A stretch of DNA of 32,000 bases from Cupriavidus necator (GTDB taxonomy: Bacteria > Pseudomonadota > Gammaproteobacteria > Burkholderiales > Burkholderiaceae). Below, piece after piece: positions 1 through 8,054 of the stretch (positions are counted from its first letter, which is position 1; each line of letters begins with the position of its first letter). Location: contig NZ_CP066018.1 in assembly GCF_016127575.1 (NCBI RefSeq), positions 600,001 to 632,000 of the forward strand, read 5' to 3'. A program made the position numbers and the translations under genes. The notes under the pieces were generated by a model, which searched no databases, had not been told where the DNA came from, and was given only the letters and a program-made list of their open reading frames with translations.

Positions 1-919
1 TGGGAAGCGGGGCCAGCCCCGACGCAGCCAGCGCGCCATTGACGGCTGAAGTCGGGATATAGAAGCCCCGTCCGCCCTTGCCGAGGAAGTCGCTGGTCGA
101 AAAGAAGGTCCCGGGCGCGTCGAACTTGAAGCTGTTCCACTTCCACTGGTAGAAGGCCTCCAGGCCGAGGTCCTTGCCGAGTGAAGTGCTCGCAGAGACC
201 ATGGGCGCGGGGATGAACAGATTTTTAAGCGGCGTTCCCGGCTGGTGCGCGGACGGCAGGTAGATCGCGTTGATCGCGTTGATACCGCCCGGGATGTAGA
301 GGTTTTCACCCCAGTTCAGCACCTGGTTGCCGACCCGGACACGCGCCTGCTGGTCGCCGACGTCGAATTCCTTGGTGATGTAGGCGTCGAGCAGACGCGG
401 GTCGCTGGTGGCGAAGTTTCGCGCATCCGAGTCGAGATCGGTTCGTCTGGTGTGGGCGGTCGCAAAGTCATAGTTGACGACGCCGCGCACCAGCCCGCTC
501 CACCCGTTGGTGCCCTTGACATAGAGGTCGCTGGTCCACTGCGCATTGGCCGAAACCGGCTGCCAGCGCTTGTAGTTCAGGTTGCCGTCGTCCTGATTCA
601 GGCGCAGCGTATCCAGGTTCGACGAGAAGACAGACGGGTTACTTTTCTGCAGCGGCGTAGGCGCGTCGCCGACACAGCCGCCGTTGTCGTTGCCGACAAA
701 GCTGCAGTTCGTTTTCGACGTTCTCATCGCTGCACCAAACGAAACCGTCGAGTCGAAGGCTACCGCCCAGCCGTTGTCGAGCGTCCACTGTGCAGCGTAA
801 GCCGAGCCGGCATCCGCCATCGCCAGCAGGCCTACGATTACCGAGCGGGCCAGCTTCCGTTCCATCCGCATCCCCGCGGCGGCTTGCGCCGCCGCTGCTG
901 CAACATCACGCAGTTTCAT
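1..919 (-). CDS. DUF1302-family outer-membrane-associated protein (N-terminal ~306 codons; gene runs off the window start)
   Basis: Absent from the ORF track because it is open at the window edge. My minus-strand translation from ATG 919..917 gives MKLRDVAAAAAQAAAGMRMERKLARSVIVGLLAMADAGSAYAAQWTLDNGW... (signal peptide). It continues without a stop to position 2 (..NYKRWQPVSANAQW..VGNQVLNWGENLYIPGGINAIN..). It lies directly downstream of a DUF1329 gene, its usual partner. Confidence 0.8.
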   Translation of the reverse strand, partial: MKLRDVAAAAAQAAAGMRMERKLARSVIVGLLAMADAGSAYAAQWTLDNGWAVAFDSTVSFGAAMRTSKTNCSFVGNDNGGCVGDAPTPLQKSNPSVFSSNLDTLRLNQDDGNLNYKRWQPVSANAQWTSDLYVKGTNGWSGLVRGVVNYDFATAHTRRTDLDSDARNFATSDPRLLDAYITKEFDVGDQQARVRVGNQVLNWGENLYIPGGINAINAIYLPSAHQPGTPLKNLFIPAPMVSASTSLGKDLGLEAFYQWKWNSFKFDAPGTFFSTSDFLGKGGRGFYIPTSAVNGALAASGLAPLP

Positions 920-949
920 GCCTGTCTCCCCGTGGTTCTCTTTTTTGGC

Positions 950-2314
950 TTATCGTGTGGTGAACCGGCGCAGGCCGTCCGGCTCGAAGGTCTTCTCCTT
1001 CAGGCGCCCTTCCCTCGCGGCGAGCCAGTCAGGCTCCTTGTGGCCGGCGACGACTCGGTCGAGCACGGCGCGGCGGGTCTGGTGGTCATAGCTGGTATTG
1101 GCCGCCCAGACGCAGGCCGGCACTTCCCAGGCCATGTAGGGACCCATCTCGGTGGTGCGCCAGACCTTGCCCTGCGCGTCGTACATGTCCTCCACCAGGA
1201 TCGTCCACGTGTCCTCGTCGATGTAGAACACGCGCTTGGGGAAGGTATGCCGCATGCCTTGCTTGAGCGTGGCCTCGACCACCCACATCCGGTGCAGCTC
1301 ATAGCGCGTCAGGTCGCGGCTGAGGAACTTCGGCTTGACGACTTCATCGACCTTGTTCGCCGAAGAGTTGACCCGGTACGTGTTGTAGGGCACGTACATC
1401 TCCTTCTTGCCGGCCAGCTTCCAGTCATAGCGGTCTAGTGGGCCGTTGAACTGCATGTACTGGTCGACGGTCAGCAGGTTCTCGGTGTTGAGCTGCGGGG
1501 CGTCGTACTGGTATGTCGGCGCGCGGCGCACGCGGCGCTGGCTCGCGAAGTACAGCCAGACGTCGTTGGCCTCGGAGAACTTGTACTGCGTCAGGGTGGC
1601 ATCCCCCGCGATCGAGGGCGGGCTGGTAAACGTGTTGAGGTACAGGCTCTCGATGCCGCGGGCGTCGTCGACGCCCTTGTTCGACGGCGACCACATCGGC
1701 GACATCTGCCATTCCTGCTGGCCAAGCGGCTCCCCAATGCTGTCGGTGCCCTTCGGCGGGATGTAGCCCGCATAGCTCATCTGGAATCCCTCTCCTTTCC
1801 AGTGCAGCTTGTGGTTCCACATGGCTTCGGCGCCGTTCTGCGGAATCGGGAACGGCACGGCGGCGCCGATCGCCTCGGCGAGGTCCTGGCCGTTGGCGCC
1901 AAGCTTCGCCGTCGTTGCGTTCTTCTTCGTCCGCTCGTAGAAGAAGTCGGGGAAACCGCAAGAACGGTGGGTCGGATAAACATCCATCCGATAACCCGGG
2001 ATCGTCTTCACCATTTCGATCTGTCCGGGGGCAAGCTTGTCCTTGTATTTGTCGACATTGGACGCGTCGATCGAAAGTACGCGCTTGTCATTCGCGTACG
2101 GGTCGGGGCGCGCCGTGCCGGGCTTCCAGCCACCCGGTGCCTTCATGTCCCCGCCGGTCCACTCCGGAATCGACCCGTCCTTGTTACCGGCCCGTTCGGC
2201 ACCCACCGGAGTGAGGTCCTTGCCGAGCCGGCCCGCGTCCTGCTCGGAGGCCGCGGCATAGGCCGCTCCGCCGAACGCAAGGGTCACGCTGAGGAACAAC
2301 GTCTTGTATCTCAT
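950..2314 (-). CDS. DUF1329-family periplasmic/outer-membrane lipoprotein-sorting-like protein
   Basis: Track ORF 950..2386, trimmed to ATG 2314 (MRYKTLFLSVTLAFGGAAYAA signal peptide, AGGAGA Shine-Dalgarno just upstream). The motif LTPVGAERAGNKDGSIPEWTGG is characteristic of DUF1329. Confidence 0.85.
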   Translation of the reverse strand: MRYKTLFLSVTLAFGGAAYAAASEQDAGRLGKDLTPVGAERAGNKDGSIPEWTGGDMKAPGGWKPGTARPDPYANDKRVLSIDASNVDKYKDKLAPGQIEMVKTIPGYRMDVYPTHRSCGFPDFFYERTKKNATTAKLGANGQDLAEAIGAAVPFPIPQNGAEAMWNHKLHWKGEGFQMSYAGYIPPKGTDSIGEPLGQQEWQMSPMWSPSNKGVDDARGIESLYLNTFTSPPSIAGDATLTQYKFSEANDVWLYFASQRRVRRAPTYQYDAPQLNTENLLTVDQYMQFNGPLDRYDWKLAGKKEMYVPYNTYRVNSSANKVDEVVKPKFLSRDLTRYELHRMWVVEATLKQGMRHTFPKRVFYIDEDTWTILVEDMYDAQGKVWRTTEMGPYMAWEVPACVWAANTSYDHQTRRAVLDRVVAGHKEPDWLAAREGRLKEKTFEPDGLRRFTTR

Positions 2315-2369
2315 CTGAGTCTCCTGTCTGGCATGGCAACGAAGTGCCTCGCTTCGTGTGTTTTTTTCG

Positions 2370-2439
2370 GTAGAACACGTTACCAAACTTAGGTAACAAT
2401 GACAAAGAACAAAAGAAAAAAAGAGCTAGGGTATTCCCT
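2370..2439 (-). promoter_or_regulatory. Conserved 70-nt promoter/operator module, copy A (upstream of the DUF1329 operon)
   Basis: Read on the minus strand: TTGTCA (2405..2400), 17-nt spacer, TAACGT (2382..2377). The spacer contains the dyad TACC-N7-GGTA. A distal block is AGGGAATACCC. Gap-free alignment to 4084..4153 gives 49/70 identities by hand count. Confidence 0.5.
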
Positions 2440-2750
2440 GCGCGTTTGGCTGCGATGCTCGCAAACGCACCCGGTACCGTGCGCAGCGGCGAACCAATGG
2501 CACGAGGCACGGCTCGCGGCTGCTGGGGTGGCACCGGAAGCCGCAAGCCAACGCTGTCAGTCAGACCGCCGTAGTGATCCGGCGATGCCCCATGCCGCCC
2601 GAGGCTGTGCTGGAGATACACAGGTCCTCAAGGCCGCACGGCCGGGCACAGGTGTTGACCGTCCCGGCAGTGCAGGCCCGCCTGCCCAGCTCTGGAAATC
2701 GTGATCCACGGACTTCGACTGCGCTCGAGGCGCGCGCAGGACAACCAGGC

Positions 2751-3167
2751 TCAGGCGCCGCCGCTGCCAGCTACCGCCACCGCCTGAATCTCGATGCACA
2801 GCTCGGGAAGCGCCAGCTCTGTCACCCCCACCGCAGTCCAGGACGGATAACGGCTCGGCAGGTATTCGTCCTTGACCTTCGTGAAGGCCTCGATTTCCTG
2901 CCGCAGGTTGGTGTGATAGGTCGTCAGCTCGACAACATCCTCCAGGCTTGCGCCTGCCGCTTCGAGGACCGCTTTCAGGGATGCAAAGGCCAGCCGAGCC
3001 TGTGCCTCCATGCCCTCGCCGGGCTTCATCGCTGCGTCTAGCCCAACCTGGCCCGACACCCAGATGGTGTCGCCCACGCGGGTCGCGGGGGCGAAATGGT
3101 AGGCGTCGTAGAGCGGCTGGGTGCCGGGCGGAATGACCGGCTGCCGTTTCATCGTCGTGGTTGTCAT
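2751..3167 (-). CDS. RidA/YjgF/TdcF-family enamine/imine deaminase
   Basis: Track ORF 2751..3206, trimmed to ATG 3167 (MTTTTMKRQPVIPPG..), 18 nt after the stop of the upstream gene. Sequence ..APATRVGDTIWVSGQVG..LEDVVELTTYHT..PSWTAVGVTELALPELCIEIQAVA is typical of the Rid family. Confidence 0.85.
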   Translation of the reverse strand: MTTTTMKRQPVIPPGTQPLYDAYHFAPATRVGDTIWVSGQVGLDAAMKPGEGMEAQARLAFASLKAVLEAAGASLEDVVELTTYHTNLRQEIEAFTKVKDEYLPSRYPSWTAVGVTELALPELCIEIQAVAVAGSGGA

Positions 3168-3184
3168 GATGTCGGTATCGTTTA

Positions 3185-4018
3185 TCAGATGAGTTGGCGG
3201 AAGCATGGCGCACGGAAGGGATCACCTGCCTTCAGCGATGCCAGCTCCTCGACGTACAGCACACCCGCCGGCGTGAAGCCCGAATCGCTGTGGTCCGGCA
3301 ACGGACTGAAAACCGCGTCATCGCCGAAGAAGCGCAAGACCAGCGTATGGCGGTCCGGGAAATCGGCGTCGACAGCACCCCCGCCGTGCAGCGAACCCGG
3401 GTGCAGCAGCAGAACATCTCCGGGCTGCGTAGCCCAGGAGAGGATGTCGTAGGCATTGGGATCGATGCGGCGTTCGGCCTCGATGTCAGGCAGCCGCGGC
3501 CAGACCCCACCGCCGTGCAACGGCTCGGTCGGGTCGTCGGGGTTCTGAAAGGTGCTGCCGTCGTGGCGCGTACCCAGGTACGAGCCCCTGACGATCTCCA
3601 GCGCATTACGCTTGGGGACCGCCTCGAAGCTGATCCACGCGTTGGCGAAGTGCTTTCCCCCCCAAGGCAGGTAGGAGGTGTCTTGGTGCCAGGGCGAGCG
3701 CCCGGCCCGGCCTCCCTGCTTGAGGAACAACTCTTCCGCAAAGTACCAGACATGTTTAGAGCCCCAGAGATCGGCGAACAGCTGGCCGAACGGGAGCGAG
3801 GCGACCAGCTCATCCAGCCGCCCCTTTGCGAATGGATTGGCGTTATCGACGTGCGACCGTTGCACGGAGCCGTCAAACAGGCTATGAGCGTTGGGCCCCG
3901 GGTTCTCGATGCCCCAGTCAAAGACCTGCCTGCACATGGCTAACTGTTCCGCGTTGAGACAGCCTTCGATGAGGACGGCACCGTCCTCATCGAAGGCGCT
4001 GCGCTTGGATTCATCCAT
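3185..4018 (-). CDS. Phytanoyl-CoA dioxygenase (PhyH) family Fe(II)/2-oxoglutarate-dependent oxygenase
   Basis: 277-aa ORF with the HxD iron motif (SPWHQDTSY) and a distal His region (LLLHPGSLHGGG). Overall PhyH-like layout. Confidence 0.85.
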   Translation of the reverse strand: MDESKRSAFDEDGAVLIEGCLNAEQLAMCRQVFDWGIENPGPNAHSLFDGSVQRSHVDNANPFAKGRLDELVASLPFGQLFADLWGSKHVWYFAEELFLKQGGRAGRSPWHQDTSYLPWGGKHFANAWISFEAVPKRNALEIVRGSYLGTRHDGSTFQNPDDPTEPLHGGGVWPRLPDIEAERRIDPNAYDILSWATQPGDVLLLHPGSLHGGGAVDADFPDRHTLVLRFFGDDAVFSPLPDHSDSGFTPAGVLYVEELASLKAGDPFRAPCFRQLI

Positions 4019-4083
4019 GGATGCTCTCCTGATTCTTCATTAAGCCCGGCGCCCGGTCACGTGCGCTTCCGGTCGCCTCGTTT

Positions 4084-4153
4084 GTAGAACAACCTACCAA
4101 CATTAGGTCATGATGACAAAGATAAGTCAGAAGTAAAAGGGCGGGTATTCCCT
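4084..4153 (-). promoter_or_regulatory. Conserved 70-nt promoter/operator module, copy B (between the PhyH operon and the divergent amine oxidase gene)
   Basis: Same blocks and identical spacing as copy A. Minus-strand reading: TTGTCA, N17 (containing ACC-N7-GGT), TAGGTT, GTTCTAC, plus distal AGGGAATACCC. Confidence 0.5.
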
Positions 4154-4280
4154 ATCCCACATGGACTCTCCTCGCCTACGCAGGAATCAACTTGGGCTCG
4201 CGATTCATAATTTTGACTTGTTTGTGTTGTTGACCTATATTTGCCGCGAGCATGCCAATCATTTAACTTTTGTCCTAACA

Positions 4281-5831
4281 ATGCACGCGAAGACACGTGA
4301 AGATGCGCTGGAAGTCGATGCCGCACCGGCAGACATCGTGAACCGCGACACAGTCGCACTGACCCGACGCCGCCTCCTCGGCGCGGCTGCGGCGGCTAGC
4401 GCTGCAACGCTGCTGGCAGGCACACCACGCACAGCGAGTGCAGCGCCGCGGGTGAAGGGCGCCGGCGCCGCATCTGCGGGGCGCGACGTGCTCGATGTCG
4501 CGATCATCGGTGCCGGACTGGCGGGCCTGACCGCCGCACGCGACCTGAAACGCGGCGGATGTGACACGTTCGTCGTCCTGGAGGCACGTAGCCGTGTCGG
4601 CGGCCGCACCTACAACCATGACCTTGGCAACAGCGTGGTCTCGGAAGCCGGCGGGCAGTGGATCGGGCCCGGCCAGACCGCCATTGCTGACCTGGCGCGC
4701 GAGCTCGGCGTCGACACCTTCGAAACCTATTACCAGGGCAAGACCGTGTTCCTGGCCGGCGACGTGCGCGTGGCGCAGGATCTCCAGGGCGGCGTCGGCG
4801 CCCAGGGAAAGGTCGCCGCCAAACTCAGCGAGCTGGCGGGCCGCGTACCCAGCGGCGCCCCCTGGACAGCGGCAAACGCGGCGGAACTAGACAAGCTGTC
4901 GCTCGGCGACTGGCTGGCACGGCAAGACTTGAGCAACGAGGAAAAATTCTCCTTCAGCCTGGCCGCAACCCTGTCGCTCGGCGCGCAACCGGCGCAACTG
5001 GGACTGTTGCACTACCTGTCGGTGATCAACAGCGCTAACAGCGACTACGACACACTTGAGAGGATCAAGGGCGGCGCCCAGGAGACGCGCTTCGTCGGCG
5101 GCGCGCAGATCCTCAGCATCCGGATGGCACGCGAACTTGGCCACAAGGTGCGGCTGTCCTGCCCGGTACGCAAGATCGTTGGCTGGGATCGCGACATTGT
5201 CGAATTGCACACCGACCAGGGCGTGGTACGGGCGCGCCACGTGATCGCCGCACTGAATCCGGCGCTATGCCAGCAGGTCGTCTTCGACCCGCCGCTGCCC
5301 GCCGGACGCGCGCAATTGCATCGGTTCTGGCCGGCGCACGCGCCCATGCGCAAGACGGCGCATGTCTATGCACGGCCCTTCTGGCGCGACAAGGGATTCA
5401 ACGGACAGGTTGTGCCGCTGGACGGCCCGCTGATCTGGTCGGTCGACAACTCGCCGCCAGACGGCTCGGTCGGCGTGATCAGCGCATTCGTCAAGCCTGG
5501 CTTCCTGCCCGCCGAGCCCAAGGCTGCCGAACGCATCCTCTCGGCCATCTATGCCCAGGCGTTCGGGGACAAGGCGTTGAAGCCGACGCAATACCACGAC
5601 CTCGACTGGGGCAAGGTCGATAACTGGTCGATGAGTTGCATCAACCCGATGCCGGCGGGCTTCTGGACGAAGCTGGGCCAGTACCTGCATCCGCCGACAG
5701 GGCGGCTGATCTGGTCTGGCACCGAGACGGCCGACATCTGGGCCGGCGCCATGGATGGTGCCGTGCGCTCCGGCCACCGCGCCGCCCTGCAGGTGCTGGG
5801 CGCCCTGGCATACCCGGTTCGGGAGGCATGA
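4281..5831 (+). CDS. Flavin-dependent amine oxidase family protein with twin-arginine (Tat) signal peptide
   Basis: Track ORF 4161..5831, trimmed to ATG 4281. Tat-type signal LTRRRLLGAAAAASAATLLAGTPRTASA. FAD dinucleotide fold DVAIIGAGLAGLTAARDL...VLEARSRVGGR typical of the MAO/amine oxidase family. Confidence 0.85.
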   Translation: MHAKTREDALEVDAAPADIVNRDTVALTRRRLLGAAAAASAATLLAGTPRTASAAPRVKGAGAASAGRDVLDVAIIGAGLAGLTAARDLKRGGCDTFVVLEARSRVGGRTYNHDLGNSVVSEAGGQWIGPGQTAIADLARELGVDTFETYYQGKTVFLAGDVRVAQDLQGGVGAQGKVAAKLSELAGRVPSGAPWTAANAAELDKLSLGDWLARQDLSNEEKFSFSLAATLSLGAQPAQLGLLHYLSVINSANSDYDTLERIKGGAQETRFVGGAQILSIRMARELGHKVRLSCPVRKIVGWDRDIVELHTDQGVVRARHVIAALNPALCQQVVFDPPLPAGRAQLHRFWPAHAPMRKTAHVYARPFWRDKGFNGQVVPLDGPLIWSVDNSPPDGSVGVISAFVKPGFLPAEPKAAERILSAIYAQAFGDKALKPTQYHDLDWGKVDNWSMSCINPMPAGFWTKLGQYLHPPTGRLIWSGTETADIWAGAMDGAVRSGHRAALQVLGALAYPVREA

Positions 5832-6506
5832 ATGAAATACAAGCGCCCTGTTCTCGTGGCGGCTGCGGCCGTGGTGGCGGTGGCCGCCTTCATCGTCCCC
5901 GACCTCGTGGGCTATCACCGGTTCGGGACGGCACTGGATAACCAGGCCGTAGCCAGCCAGACCGATGGTGGACGCTGGCCGCAATTCCCGGAGACCTGCT
6001 TCGCCTGCCATGGCCCGCGCGGTCAGTCCCACAATGCCGAGTACCCTGCCCTGGCCGGCCAGCCGGCGGCTTTTATCGAGGCGCAGTTGCGCGCCTTCGC
6101 CAGCGGGCAGCGCGACAGCCCGACCATGGGGCCGCTCGCCAGGAACCTGACTGATGAGCAGATCGGGTTGCTGGCAGCCTATTACGCAAAGCAGGCGCCC
6201 ACAGGTAGCCCGGATGTCACGGCCAGCGCCGCGCTCGAGGCGCGCGGCAAGGCTGTGGTCCAGGCGCGCAGTTGCCAGGCCTGCCATGCCGAAGGGTTGA
6301 CCGGAAAGGACCTGGCACCACGCCTCGCCGGCCAGGGCGAGAGCTACCTTGGGCAACAGCTTGCCGCGTTCAAGAGCGGCAAACGCCATGACGCGTCCGG
6401 CGCCATGGACAGCATTGCCGCCGCCTTGTCGAACGAAGACATCCCGGCAGTGGCCCGCTACCTGGCCAGGATGTCGCCTGACCGCCGGGAGATCGGCGCC
6501 CGATAG
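5832..6506 (+). CDS. Di-haem c-type cytochrome (c4-like), N-terminal membrane anchor or signal
   Basis: Two CxxCH motifs (CFACHG, CQACHA). Hydrophobic N-terminus VLVAAAAVVAVAAFIV. Its ATG (5832) follows the oxidase TGA (5829-5831) with no gap. GGGAGG Shine-Dalgarno lies inside the oxidase 3-prime end. Confidence 0.85.
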   Translation: MKYKRPVLVAAAAVVAVAAFIVPDLVGYHRFGTALDNQAVASQTDGGRWPQFPETCFACHGPRGQSHNAEYPALAGQPAAFIEAQLRAFASGQRDSPTMGPLARNLTDEQIGLLAAYYAKQAPTGSPDVTASAALEARGKAVVQARSCQACHAEGLTGKDLAPRLAGQGESYLGQQLAAFKSGKRHDASGAMDSIAAALSNEDIPAVARYLARMSPDRREIGAR

Positions 6507-6565
6507 GGCCCGACGGGGCAGCAAGGGTAGTCGGCAAGATGCGCGGGTCAGACAGGAGGCGGGGA

Positions 6566-7882
6566 ATGAGCCGATACACACCGTCCTGGCTGCCAGCCGG
6601 CTTGGCGGCTGTCCTCATGCTTTGCATGGCGGCAGCCATGGGCGTGGCGCCGCGCAGCGCCTACCATGACGCTGGTGCGCCACGCCGGCTGGAAGCCCTG
6701 CAACTGCCCGACGTGCGCGACCAGCTCGAAAAGCTGGCGGATGCCGGTGCAACTTACATCCACGAGGAGCCCATGCGACGCGGCGACACGATCGCCACGT
6801 TGCTCAGACGGCTCGGCGTGGAAGATCCGGACGCACAGCAGTTCATTTCCAGGGATCCGGCGGCGCGCACCCTTTTCAACCTCCAGCCGGATCAGGTCGT
6901 CCAGGCGGAGGTCGACCAGGACAAGCTGCTGGTCTCGCTGCGCGCCCTCGTTGCCGGCAATTCCTCCGCCTCGCGCGAACTGCTGATCCGGCGGGCCGGC
7001 GACTTCCAGAAGCCCGCCTTCAAGGCGAACTTGCAGGCGGTCAGGAACGAACTGCGTTACGAGATGCGTTCCGGCACCATCACCGCGAATGGGTTCTTCA
7101 GGACGATGGACGCCGCGAAGGTGCCCGACGACATCGTCCGGCAGATGATCTCGATCTTCTCGGGCGTGGTCGATTTCCAGCACGACATCGTCCAAGGCGA
7201 TCGCTTTCACATTGTCTATGAGGCGGGCTTCCGTGATGGTGCGCTGGTGCGCAACGGTCGCGTCGTGGCCGTCGAACTCGTCAACCGCGCCCAGCTCTAC
7301 CAGGCCCTGTGGTATGACGGCGCAGATGGCAGCAACTCCGGTGCCTACTACACCTTCGACGGACGGGGCATGGCGCGCCCGTTTCTCCGCTCGCCGGTCG
7401 AGTTCTCGCGCTTGTCGTCTGGCTTCGGCTGGCGCAACCACCCGGTGCACCACCAATGGATCAAGCACAAGGGTGTCGACTTTGCCGCCCCGACAGGAAC
7501 CCGGGTCTTCGCCACAGCGGACGGGACTGTTGACTTTGTCGGCCAGCAGACAGGCTACGGCAATATCGTCATCCTCAAGCATCCTGACGGCTACTCGACG
7601 TACTATGCGCACCTGTCTGGCTTCGCTGGCATCCAGCCCGGCCAGCGCATCACGCAGGGGCAACTGATCGCGTATATCGGACAGACTGGCTGGGCGACCG
7701 GACCGCATCTGCACTACGAGCTTCGCTTCAATGACGTGCCGCAGAACCCACTGAGCGTCATGCTGATGAAACCCGTCACGCTGTCCGGACGCGCACGCCA
7801 GGGCTTCCTGAGCCATGCCAGCGACATGTTGAGCCGTATCCATGTCCTGCGCGGCATTGAAGTGGCATCCAGCCTCGGCTGA
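6566..7882 (+). CDS. M23-family metallopeptidase with LysM/OapA-like N-terminal region
   Basis: Track ORF trimmed to ATG 6566 (AGGAGG 6 nt upstream). Signal/anchor SWLPAGLAAVLMLCMAAAMG. M23 motifs HKGVDFAAPTGT and GPHLHYELR. Confidence 0.85.
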   Translation: MSRYTPSWLPAGLAAVLMLCMAAAMGVAPRSAYHDAGAPRRLEALQLPDVRDQLEKLADAGATYIHEEPMRRGDTIATLLRRLGVEDPDAQQFISRDPAARTLFNLQPDQVVQAEVDQDKLLVSLRALVAGNSSASRELLIRRAGDFQKPAFKANLQAVRNELRYEMRSGTITANGFFRTMDAAKVPDDIVRQMISIFSGVVDFQHDIVQGDRFHIVYEAGFRDGALVRNGRVVAVELVNRAQLYQALWYDGADGSNSGAYYTFDGRGMARPFLRSPVEFSRLSSGFGWRNHPVHHQWIKHKGVDFAAPTGTRVFATADGTVDFVGQQTGYGNIVILKHPDGYSTYYAHLSGFAGIQPGQRITQGQLIAYIGQTGWATGPHLHYELRFNDVPQNPLSVMLMKPVTLSGRARQGFLSHASDMLSRIHVLRGIEVASSLG

Positions 7883-8054
7883 GCCGCCCCAAGTGGCGCA
7901 CTGTCGACTCGCGAGTTGACCGGGGACTTCCCCGCGCATGCCGGTTTGCGCCGGCAGTGGCTGCGAGTATGCTTTCCTTCATGACGCGGATTCCGGCCGG
8001 CCTGCCATCGCCTCTTGCGTGCAGACGCCAGACCGCCGACTGCGGGGGCAGATC

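Noticed and set aside
245-1438. 397-aa plus-strand ORF in the track
   Set aside because: It lies antisense to the DUF1302 and DUF1329 genes and even spans their intergenic gap. The composition is Arg/Val/Ala/Gly-rich, as is typical of high-GC shadow frames, and there is no motif.
2440-2750. 310-nt GC-rich gap with TGGCAC words (possible sigma-54 -24 boxes)
   Set aside because: Neither TGGCAC is followed by a TTGC -12 element at the correct spacing, and no plus-strand gene follows. The track ORFs here are short, overlapping and compositionally implausible.
5265-6581. 438-aa minus-strand ORF
   Set aside because: Antisense shadow of the amine oxidase and cytochrome c genes, both of which have clear cofactor motifs. 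It is a low-complexity, Arg/Ala/Gly-rich sequence.
6548-7939. 463-aa minus-strand ORF
   Set aside because: Antisense to the M23 peptidase gene, which has unambiguous catalytic motifs.
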